Positions 1 to 10,000 of a stretch of DNA of 64,000 bases are shown piece after piece. Origin of the DNA: Podarcis liolepis (taxonomy: Eukaryota); the NCBI GenBank assembly GCA_965112155.1, contig OZ218104.1; one strand, written 5' to 3'. Each line of letters starts with the position of its first letter. Position 1 is the first letter of the stretch. Both the position numbers and the translations under genes were made by a program. The notes beneath the pieces are model-generated. The model saw only the letters and a program-made list of their open reading frames with translations. It did no database searches and was not told the origin of the DNA.

Positions 1-1
1 T

Positions 2-2947
2 GAACCCTTTCTGAGCAGCAACTGCTAATAGTGCCCGTAGGGTCTCACTCCTTGAAGTGGGTGCATAGACTTCGGAATAATGTAACCCCTTGCTTTGCGT
101 AAAACCTCGAGCTACAAGCCTTGCTTTGTACTCTGGTTTCCCCATCGCTGTTGTCTTTATCCTGTACACCCACCTACAACTTACTGCCTTGGTACCTTCT
201 GGCAGTTTGGTGATGGAAAACACACCCAGTTCTTTCATAGAATTCAACTCCTTTTGCATGGCCTCACGCCACCTACTGGCCTCCTCCTGGGGTAATTGCT
301 CAACCTCCTCAAAACTTTCAGGTTCGCAATTTGCCAAACCAGCCCAAATACTAATAGCTTGGTACCTTTCAGGAGGTTTACCTTTGTTGGTACGCTGAGA
401 ACGCCTTAACAGTTCCTGCGATGTTCCTTCAGTTTCCCCCTCTGACCCAGAATCACTAGTCGTCACCTGTTTGTCACTAGTAGTTGTAGAACTTTCTGAT
501 TCTGACTTTACACGTCTCTCTTGCTGTACAGGTGAACTTTTAGAGCTAGAAGATTCTGACTTTACAGACTTGGGTGAACTAGGCGATTTCTCACCCTTGT
601 CCTCAGACTCAAATTCCTCAGTCTGTTCTGGAACTAATACCTGCCCTGGGGCCTGAGTTTCATTGCTACTGTTCACCACATCAAATAGTATGTCAGGATT
701 TCCATGAATTTTATTCCAACCATCCTGTTCACAAAATTCCGCACTTCTGCTGATTGTGACTTTCGTTTGATTTCCTTCTACATTCACAAATCTCCAACCT
801 TTTGTGTTTGCTTGATAACCACAGAAAAACATTTCTTTAGACCTAGGATCGCCTTTCCTATGTTGTGCCCTAGGCACCAGCACATAAGCACGACATCCAA
901 AAACTCTTAGATGATCAATTTTTGGTTTTTCCCCAAATAGCATGAAGTAAGGAGTGTTGCCTACTGTGCTATTGTACACTCTGTTAAAAGTATAATTCGC
1001 ATACAGTGCAGCCTCAGCCCAAAAACGCTGTGGAAGTCCAGAATCAAACAGCAAAGCAGCAATGGCTTCCTGTAATGTTCGAAATTTTCTTTTGGCAACT
1101 GCATTCTCCTGTGGTGAATAGGGATTGGTAAGTCTATGAACTATACCTTTCCTTTTTAACCACGTCTCCAGCGTGTAGTTCACAAATTCCCCACCACGAT
1201 CTGATTGTATTTTACGTACCCTGGTGTCAAATTTACATTCGACTTCTTCAATCCAATCCATCAGGATGGAAGCTGCTTGTGATTTTTCTTTCAGAAAGAA
1301 AACCCAACTAGCCCTTGAAAAGTCATCCACCAAAATTTGCATAAATCTCGCACCTCCAAGCGATTTGACTGGCATAGGGCCACACACGTCTGTGTGCACA
1401 AGTTCAAAGGGTTTCTTGCTTACTCTATCAGATCTAGGATAGTTACATGTCTTAACCTTAGCATGTTTACAAGCACAACAATCCAAAAAATTTGGACAGG
1501 GTTTAATGTTACACTCCTCAGCTAAATCTGGCATCTTGCTTACATACTTAAAGCATATATGAGCTAACCTTCTGTGTAGTAGATGTGCACAACCTGTATG
1601 AGGAGCCTTATTTACACACTTAGCTTGCGCTTCACCTGTTGAACATCTACCTGCTGCTAACTGCTCTTCATCCAAAACAAAAAGCCCATCCTCACAGGGA
1701 ATTTTAACTAGCTCCTTTCCCTGTTTCGAAATGGTGCACACATCATTTTCAAACTCAACCTTAAAACCACTTTTTACCAGGCATGACACACTCAAAAGTC
1801 CATTCTTCATTCCTGGAAGAACAAAAACAGGAAGGTTAGTTTGCAAACAGTTAACATAAATTGTGCCTTTAAGGTTCATTTCTCGTTTACTATTGTCTGC
1901 TATAGTCACAGTTTTTGCAACTGGCAATGTCTTGCAGTTCATCAAGTGGCCACTAGATGTCGCTGGAACTAAACTGTGACTTGCTCCACTGTCAATTATC
2001 CACTTCAAGGTTTGTTGGCTTCTTTTAGGACTCTGTTGTGCTGCCATTGCAGATAGTCCCTTATCAGCACCTGCTCCCCCTCTGGATCGTTGATTCTTGT
2101 AGTTCTCATGTCGTCTTCCCCTGTAGCTCCGGAAACTGGCCTTGGACTGTTGAAATTCCTGTTGCTTTTCTGGACACTTTGCTATCAAATGAAACCTGCT
2201 GCCACATCGAAAACATGACTTGCTGGCCATAGCAGACACTTGTGAGGCTTCCTTACAGCTCTGCCTGCTAGTTTCCCCACGCTGGGAATTATCTGAACAT
2301 CCAACCCTTGGGGTATTTGAATTATCAATACATTTTCGATGATGTTGATATTCTTGCTCACACAATCTACCAGTCACATAATTCATATTCAGCTGGTCCT
2401 CTGGCAAAACTTGAAAAGTTAGTACTAAGTTTTCAAACCCTGCATGCAGGCTGCTAAGCAGAGTATAAACTTTAATATTTTCAGGAAAATTCACACCTAA
2501 AGATGACAGTCGGTTGAAATACTCAGTCATCTGTGACGTGTGTTCAACCACACTATCCTCTGGCTTCAGTTTCAACTCATACAAAGCACGTATAATGTTC
2601 ACCTTCTCTCCGGGCGTGGCTCTATGGTGAATTCGCCTAAGAGCTTCCCAAATTTCAAATGCAGACCTTAAATTTTCCACATGCGGTAATTGGGAATCGT
2701 CTATCGATACCATCAACATGCATCTAGCTTTAGTGTCCATTTTATCATGCTCCCTGTTCTGAGCATGTGCAGCAGCCTGTTGCTCTGCTGTGGCATCTGC
2801 TGCAACAGCCACAAATGGCTTTCGCCTCTGGACATAGTCAGCCCACACTTCTTTGGCTTCCAACCAGACTTGAGCCCTCTTAGACCACTGCACGTAATTA
2901 GCAGAGTTCAACTTTGTAAAGGGAACCTGGAAATTTTCCACTGCCAT
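2..2947 (-). CDS. Copia gag-pol polyprotein, N-terminal 982 codons, no stop up to window edge
   Basis: Hand translation: MAVENFQVPFTKLNSANYVQW (gag N-term); CFRCGSRFHLIAKC zinc knuckle 2174-2215; WIIDSGASH protease (Asp 1991-1993); HRRLAH..CCAC, ELVHTDVCGP and IQSDRGGEF (integrase); WREAMQKEL, SCRWVYRIK and YKARLVARGFTQ (copia RT). Confidence 0.95.
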   Translation of the reverse strand, partial: MAVENFQVPFTKLNSANYVQWSKRAQVWLEAKEVWADYVQRRKPFVAVAADATAEQQAAAHAQNREHDKMDTKARCMLMVSIDDSQLPHVENLRSAFEIWEALRRIHHRATPGEKVNIIRALYELKLKPEDSVVEHTSQMTEYFNRLSSLGVNFPENIKVYTLLSSLHAGFENLVLTFQVLPEDQLNMNYVTGRLCEQEYQHHRKCIDNSNTPRVGCSDNSQRGETSRQSCKEASQVSAMASKSCFRCGSRFHLIAKCPEKQQEFQQSKASFRSYRGRRHENYKNQRSRGGAGADKGLSAMAAQQSPKRSQQTLKWIIDSGASHSLVPATSSGHLMNCKTLPVAKTVTIADNSKREMNLKGTIYVNCLQTNLPVFVLPGMKNGLLSVSCLVKSGFKVEFENDVCTISKQGKELVKIPCEDGLFVLDEEQLAAGRCSTGEAQAKCVNKAPHTGCAHLLHRRLAHICFKYVSKMPDLAEECNIKPCPNFLDCCACKHAKVKTCNYPRSDRVSKKPFELVHTDVCGPMPVKSLGGARFMQILVDDFSRASWVFFLKEKSQAASILMDWIEEVECKFDTRVRKIQSDRGGEFVNYTLETWLKRKGIVHRLTNPYSPQENAVAKRKFRTLQEAIAALLFDSGLPQRFWAEAALYANYTFNRVYNSTVGNTPYFMLFGEKPKIDHLRVFGCRAYVLVPRAQHRKGDPRSKEMFFCGYQANTKGWRFVNVEGNQTKVTISRSAEFCEQDGWNKIHGNPDILFDVVNSSNETQAPGQVLVPEQTEEFESEDKGEKSPSSPKSVKSESSSSKSSPVQQERRVKSESESSTTTSDKQVTTSDSGSEGETEGTSQELLRRSQRTNKGKPPERYQAISIWAGLANCEPESFEEVEQLPQEEASRWREAMQKELNSMKELGVFSITKLPEGTKAVSCRWVYRIKTTAMGKPEYKARLVARGFTQSKGLHYSEVYAPTSRSETLRALLAVAAQKGF

Positions 2948-3194
2948 TCTTGGGGTCTGCTGCTACTCCCTCTGTGTGCCCTTGCTTCTCTTTCCCCTTG
3001 GGATTTGTTTTACTCACTTTTCAGACGCCTCCAGCCTCCTCTGAAGCCTTTTAAACTTTCACTTACGCAGCTCTCTCAATTTTCTGCAGCCTCTCAGTTC
3101 CTTTAAGAGCTGGATTTATGACCAAGCCGGTCTTCTCTCATCCGAAAGCTGCTTTCACTCTCTCTGCACACAATACAGCTGTAGAAACGTAGAA

Positions 3195-3206
3195 GGATCC
3201 ATAACC
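3195..3206 (-). promoter_or_regulatory. Primer-binding site of the half-tRNAi-Met type (GGTTATGGATCC)
   Basis: Matches 10/12 of the Drosophila-copia-type PBS GGTTATGGGCCC, which is complementary to the tRNAi-Met anticodon arm; lies between LTR and gag leader. Confidence 0.75.
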
Positions 3207-3558
3207 TAAGAGAGTTTGTACTGGTCCAGTAAACACTTCCGCTGCGCCACCAGCAACAGCTCTCTTTGCAGAGTATTAATTAAGTCCAGTGCAGAGATTC
3301 TTGTTGCAGTACAAGCTTCAGAGACTCAGCAGCAAAGAAATAACGACACAGGGAAGCCTGTCTTTCCAAAGACAGGTTTATTGCAGAAAGATAACAGAAA
3401 CACCTCCGGAGCTTTCGGACATTTTTGCTTCACGCCCCAAAGACAGAGAAAACAAACACTCTTTATATACTGAGCAACTTAACAACTTAACGAGCTTGAC
3501 TACTTAAAGTCACATCACATTGCTAACTTGCCAGCGTCTTAGGTTTCACACCCTAACA
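3207..3558 (-). repeat. 5' LTR of the copia element (about 352 bp)
   Basis: Minus strand starts TGTTAGGG, has TATATAAA (3462-3469) and AATAAA (3377-3382), and ends directly before the PBS. The second LTR is outside the window, so the boundary is inferred. Confidence 0.8.
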
Positions 3559-3926
3559 GTGGAGCCCGGTAGGTATGTCACTGTCACTTGCTGAGCGGGA
3601 AGATGGCATGGAGGCTGCAGATGCATTGACAGGGGCACCAGATTGGCTCTGCCAGTGCGTTTTCACTGCACTGGTCTCCCTGCCACTTTTGCCCTCTCCT
3701 TCTTGGGAAGCAACTGGGACACAACTGGTGAGAAGTTATCATAATGGCACCGCCCCACCTGGTGAGCCACTTCTGCTCATTCCTCCATTGGGATGTGTAC
3801 TTGTACCACTATGATTTCCCATGCTTAAGTGAAGGGCTGGCTGAGGCCTCTTCTCCAGGATCTGAAGAACCAGGGTGGATATTGGATCTCCACCCTATAA
3901 CAGTTTGCTTGTTTCTTTGTTTGCAG

Positions 3927-4007
3927 TTTGACATTCAGCAGCTTCACATTTATTGCGACCCAGCCATGGCAATGCATGAGGGATGCTGTGAGATCTCTGA
4001 TAACGGG
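3927..4007 (+). CDS. COL16A1: COL16A1 exon (81 nt) FDIQQLHIYCDPAMAMHEGCCEISDNG, end of TSPN domain
   Basis: ttgcag acceptor, gtgagt donor, FACIT TSPN C-terminal motif. Confidence 0.95.
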
Positions 4008-7000
4008 GTGAGTAATACTGCAGATATGCAAAAGCTGTCACTTCTGTTTATGTGTGTGCTCCTGCATTTCCTCATGCTGAGGTTGCAGGACTGAGACATT
4101 TATCCACAAAAGCTGTCAGACAACTTTTCTAGAGTTGAAAGCACTGCTGTCTGTTTTGCAGGTTTTTATTATCTACAGTGGTGCATCAGGTTCCCCATTC
4201 AAAACCACAGGCAACAGCAGCAATTGATATAGATGTGATCTTGCATTGTAGATGCAATCTACTCAGTTACATAGCAACTTGCATGTAAAAACTGCTATGC
4301 TTTTTTTGGGTGGATCCGATAATATGTTGACACCTGCTGCCTGTTTGGGATAGTTATTTTTTATTTTTTGGGGGGTGATAGTTATTTGAAACAATGTCGG
4401 TGTTGTTTTTGCTTCAGAAAACCTTCACTTTCAGGTCTATGCAGTCATTCCCCTCTACTTACTTCTCAACAAGCTCTGAACTTGTTCAAATAGTACAGCC
4501 TCATTATATAATCCTGTTTGTTCTTTGGCAAGCAGGGCTGCTGTCAGCACCAACCAGCTGTTTGGGACTGAAAGCTAGCAACTTGGAAGTTGCCACCTGA
4601 TGACACACCTGTCAAAATGGCCCATGATGGGCGAGGGAAGTGAGGATCCAGCCCACCAGGCTGAAAAGTCTTCCCACCTGAGCCATAAACTTTGGTATCC
4701 CAGTTCCTGGTCTATCACTAACCCATATTTGTTCCCAATTAAATTTTCTGGGGCTCCCCAGACACAACCAATTTGGGCAGCAGTAAGAAAAAGAAAACTT
4801 GCAAGTAGACACAGTGCTAGGATGGGTGTAGCCCAGTTCCCTTATAGGAAATGAAAACTACCTCCTTCCTGATCATCAGAGTGATAATTTTGTAGTTTTA
4901 GGGGGGCATGCAGATCAGCCAATGGGTGGCTTGTCTACCTGTGTGTATGCAGGTGAGTGCATGAGGCAGTGTAGGGTGGCTTGCAGCCCCCAGAGATTGG
5001 CCAAGGGTAATATCAACCCTTGGACCAAAACACACTAGCCACCGCTGCTATAAGCCCCAGGCCATGCTGGTCCACGAAGAGCTAACTGCCTTGCTCACCA
5101 AAGTTATTTCAGTACTTTCCTGTTTCATCAGTGCTTTCCCGAAGCATCTAAAACTCGCCGGGATGTGGAAGTCATGCAGAGCAATGACCTGATAGAGATC
5201 AACCCTCAGACTGAAGGCAAGGTCTACACCCGCTGCTTCTGCTTGGAGGAGACCCAAAGCAAGCAGGTGAGGAACACCAACCAGCAAGAAAGAAAGAACT
5301 AGCATAGCCCAGAGCATGGGCAGCCAGCATGGTGCCTTCCAGACATTTGGAACTACAACTCCCATCTGCCTCAGCCAGCATGGCCATTGGTCAAGGAGGA
5401 TGGGAGCTGGAGTCCACAACATGTGGAGTGTACCACTCCAATTACTCCTGGTGTAGAGCTATGAATCAGGAAGCCCCTAGCTCAAATCTTGTTCCTGTTG
5501 TGAAGTCAGGTCATGGCTATAAGCAAGCCTCTCAGTCTCCCATCTGGGGGTTGATGATGCTGTCCTTCCCTGGAAAATTGTAATGGTTATGACAAGCTAA
5601 AGTATGTGGAGCATTTGTAAGCATTACATAAGACAAAGTGTTATTGATTTGAAATCCTCTGGAGAATTCCATTTACTGGAACTGTACAGCCCAAACTGTG
5701 GAAATATGGGGTAGTTGTGGTTCATGGGTTTTTGTTGCATGTGTACAGACAGCACAGATGAAGATATAGTTTTCTGTTTCACCCTGCCTTTGTTGCTAAT
5801 GGCACTGTTTCCATTCCACTGCATTTCGTCTTCTGCATAAACTGTTATTCTTCTCACTGTCCACTGTGACAATATTGTGTTAATTATGTAAATTCCATCT
5901 TTTCATTATGTTATCCATTCATTTCAATGTAAAGAAAACATGATGCAAATGAGAGAAAATGCAATCGATTTCATATCATTTGCAGTTTGAAAGTAACAAC
6001 AGCAGTGAATAGCAATAGCATTTGCTGGATTGATTTCCATTCTGGACATGGAATGAACAAGTGAACATTGGCAATTTCTAGTCCTGTTTCTCTCTAGCAG
6101 ACAGCTAGGTTGATACGATGTGATTAAATAGGATGGATTTGTGTGGAAAGAATTTTATTGTGGAAGAAAAGCTGTGAGATCATTACTGAGCAACCATTGC
6201 AATGTTAGCCTGCGTAAACAACACTGAAAACTTCCATTGTGTGTGCTTAGCCATGTTCACCAATATCTTGCTGCCACCCCCAGCATCTGCCACCTGAGGC
6301 AGCTGGCTCACTCTGCCTAATGGTAATGTTATGTCCAATCACATTGTGTTGGACATAGTACCATGGCATTGTTCCATTTACTGTGTGATCCCTGATTGGA
6401 TGGGATCACCCATGTAACCATTATCAGAAGCAGCAGTCAGGATAAATAATGGCACCCAACAGTTTTGAGAAAAGATAAGTATTTGGGAGGGGAAATTACC
6501 CATCAAAATAAGTACTTTTGATCCACAAATCGGAAAGTTGTAGAGACTCAGTGCAGTTTTAATCCTCTGCTGAGATAGATTTAATGGTCCAACTGATGGA
6601 AAACTAATTTGCCTGTTCCCACCACCACTGTAGTATGGAATAGAGAGAGCATTGCTGGAATTAAACACCAGTCATCCGTTCAACATTTGCTGGGAATATG
6701 TTTGCTACCAATTTAGGGATTTTATTTTTCACTGTCACATCCTACTGAGAAGAAATACACATCAGAGAAGGGACTGGGAAGGGGGGAGCAAGAGGTTGCA
6801 ATCCAAACCATCTGAGACTACTGCCAGCCAGTTGTGCGCTGACATGATGGATAGAATATGGAAATATTTACATCCCTGCTCACCAAAGATGGTTCTTAAG
6901 GGGGTCTGCAACATTTTTTAATACAAAAACATGATCTAAAAGGAAACATCAGTACAAAAGCAAAACACAACCTTCGGCAGATTAAAAACAGCAGCAGAAT

Positions 7001-10000
7001 TGATTAATCAATCATTTAAACACTTTATTATTCAATCACTTGGTACATAAACAGTTTTTTTACCTTCTCCCAGAGGTGCAGTTACTGCTTGATTCCTGTC
7101 CTATAACTTAAGTTTTCTTTCATCTGGTGAACAACATTCCTGTTTTTGATAGCTCAAGTGTAGGCATTCATATCTGATATATAATTAAATTGTGCTTCTT
7201 TTATTTACATAGAAAAGCCCCATTTAATTCAGCATATCTTGTAGAGGCATTGATTTGGTTTTGAGATGAATTGTAGGGCCAATAGATGCTTACATCCAGA
7301 TGATTTAATATTAGCTTAGGCTACAGTCCTAACATGCTGATCCTTGTGGCTGAAGGGGGTTAGGAGGCAGCAGATGCATCCATCTGCTGGGCTACGTCTC
7401 TGTGGGACTCCGTTGCCCTGGAAGCCCCACTCCCAGCCATAGAAAGTGGTGGTGTTCCTGCCAGTCATAACCAGCATAGGACCCCAAAGTGATCTGTAAT
7501 GGGGCTGGGTCACAGCAGGGCCAGCCATGGATCCACTGGGTTCTGAACCAGTCCATTTAGCAGAGAGGGCTCCTGGAACTGGCATGGCTTTGAAAAGTCA
7601 CTAAAACCACTGCCCACTTCTTCTGCCCTGGCCAGCAAAAGCCAGCAGGATGTGATGGTCAACCCACCATGGCACTCTTAGTGAGTATATGCTTTTGTGT
7701 GCATTCTTTGGTTGGAGAACTGCATCATAATTTGTGTCTGCATTTTGAAGGACAGCTGCCTATCAGTTCATGTCTTGTTTCATGAAGTGGGTAGATTTGC
7801 ATTAAGATGCAAACCCTGCTGAATATTCCCCTCATCCTGAAGTGGCATGGACATCTTTGTCCAACTGTAGGTATATCTGACCCTGGGGCATTGTGTTCTG
7901 ACTTGCCCAAGGAAGATATGCTGAACTCTCTGACTTGGAACTGCCTTCTCCCACACATGGGCCCCTTTTCCATCTTGCTCTCCTCTCCATCCTTTGAGAT
8001 TCTTTCACTGATGAGAACACAAGCCTCATTCATTCACCCTCTGGGACAAAAACAAACCTGCCTCATTTTTTCCACAAGATTTAATGGTGGTGATGAGACT
8101 AGGCCAAAAGAGCCAGACTGAAGAAAAATGCAAGAAGAGCCAGAGGATAGAAAACGGAGCTTATCGAGAGGCGAATCTTGACAGGATGGAGCAGCAGATA
8201 AGTGGGAGTGGGGAAAGTATTCCTACAAGCGCAAGGGTGTGTGATGATAAGCATCTTGCTGGTGGGCTGGGAGAAAGAGGCCAAGGTGTTAGGACGATGT
8301 GTAGGCGGACTAGTCCCTGGGTGGTTGAAGTGTAGGTGGATCTATGGCCCTTCAGAAATTGCTAAACTACACCGCCCATAATCCGTGGCCACCAGCCATG
8401 CTTGCTAGGGCTGATGGGAATTGTAGTTCTGCAATATCTGATGGGCCAAAGGTTCCCCAGTCCTGACTTTGAGTGATGTAGAGACAGGCATGTAGCTGCT
8501 GCACAGCATGTTCCAGGGGCAGCTGAACAAGGTCAGAATGTGAGGAGAATTTACTGGAGACAAGTGGGTTTTTTTTGCAGTGCACAGATGGTGCAAAAGG
8601 GAGCAAACAGCCCAGAGACAGGCAGTGCTGAGACAATCAAAATATGTGTCTGTGAGCCATTTGGCAGATAAGGGGCATCACTCTCTGTTATAGTCTCTGA
8701 TTTGAATGCAGCAGGTCCTGAGCTCCTGGCATCTCTGGCTAAGGCTGCAAAAAAAGGTTTTGGAGAGTGATGGGGTGGTACTATAGAGCCACCATCCTGA
8801 CACTGGCATCACTGCCTCTCACTGGGCTGTTGTGTGAGTTGGGCGGGATGGTGGTGGGGTGGGGCTGAGCAGGTGAGAGTGCCAGATTGGCTTTGCCAGG
8901 GTGCCCACACAGACATGGCTTCACTGTCACCCTGCCCTGCCCCCACAAGGTCCTGGTTAGCAGCAACAATTTTGCTGTCAGGAGAACCGCTCTTCACAAG
9001 CTGCTCCTGCCTTGAGGAGCAAGACTGGAGAGCCAAAGGCTAAGATGGGTGACGGAGGAGGTCACTTGACCTCCTGAGCTTCTGCCATTTCATTTCTTGT
9101 TTAACACAAGAAACTGAATTGGTACAAGTCAGACCATCCAGCTCAGTACAGTTGTAGCTTGGAAGTTGAATAGCTTAGTTCCTGAACATTTTGGCTCCTG
9201 AACGCCGCAAACCCAGAAGTGACTGTTCCAGTTTGTGAACTATTTTTGGAAGTTGAATGTCTGACGGGGCTTCCATGGCTTCTGATTGACTGCAGCCAGT
9301 CAGAAGCCACACTTTAGTTTTTGAACATTTTGGAAGTCGAACGGACTTCCGGAACTGTTTACGTTTGACTTCCAAGGTACGACTGTACTGTCAACACTGA
9401 ATGACAGTTTCTCTCCAGGGTTTCAGACTAGGGATGCTAAGCCCCTTGGGGAAGGGGCATAGCCCAGTGGAGTGCATCTGCCTTTCATATAGAAGCTCTC
9501 AGGCTCAGTCCCCAGCATCTCCAGGTAAGGCTGTGAGAGCCTCCCTGTGTAGACAATACAGCGTTACATGGACCAGTGGTCTGGCTCCATATAAAGGCAG
9601 CTTTGTGTGTCCTGTGTTCAGGCAGGAGACCTTCCCAGCCATACTGCAGGGTGCCAGGATTTGAACTTGTGACCTTCTGCAAGCAAAGCAGATGCTCTAT
9701 CACTGAACTGTGGCAGTGCACTTCCAAATGCTGTGATAAGCACCTGTTAAATGTTAATCTTAGTTCTCTGAACATCAGCCATTTTCTCCAGCTGCTGGCA
9801 ACCTTCCCTCTTGACTCGGAGTGAAGGACGACAGAAAGAAGCTGTTTGGCCCACATGGAAGGCTTGCTACGTGGGAGGGAGCATTAGAGCATTCTGCAGA
9901 TTTATGGCTTTAAAAGAGGATTGGACATTTTCACTATCAGTGGCTACTAGCCATGATGGCTAGGCTCTACCTTCACAGATGGAAGCAGAAATGCATCCCA

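Larger units (their letters stand above)
1..3558 (-). mobile_element. Ty1/copia LTR retrotransposon, 5' part (5' LTR, PBS, gag-PR-IN-RT), antisense within a COL16A1 intron, continues past window start
   Basis: Domain order gag, PR, IN, RT (IN before RT) is diagnostic of Ty1/copia; LTR starts TGTTAG at 3558. Confidence 0.96.

Noticed and set aside
90-3106. Plus-strand ORFs of 60-138 aa over the copia element
   Set aside because: Antisense shadows of the minus-strand gag-pol frame, with no independent motifs
5880-6240. Repeat-free AT-rich block with an ATGCAAAT octamer and a CTAGCAG acceptor-like site
   Set aside because: No matching donor or open exon, and conservation cannot be judged without alignments
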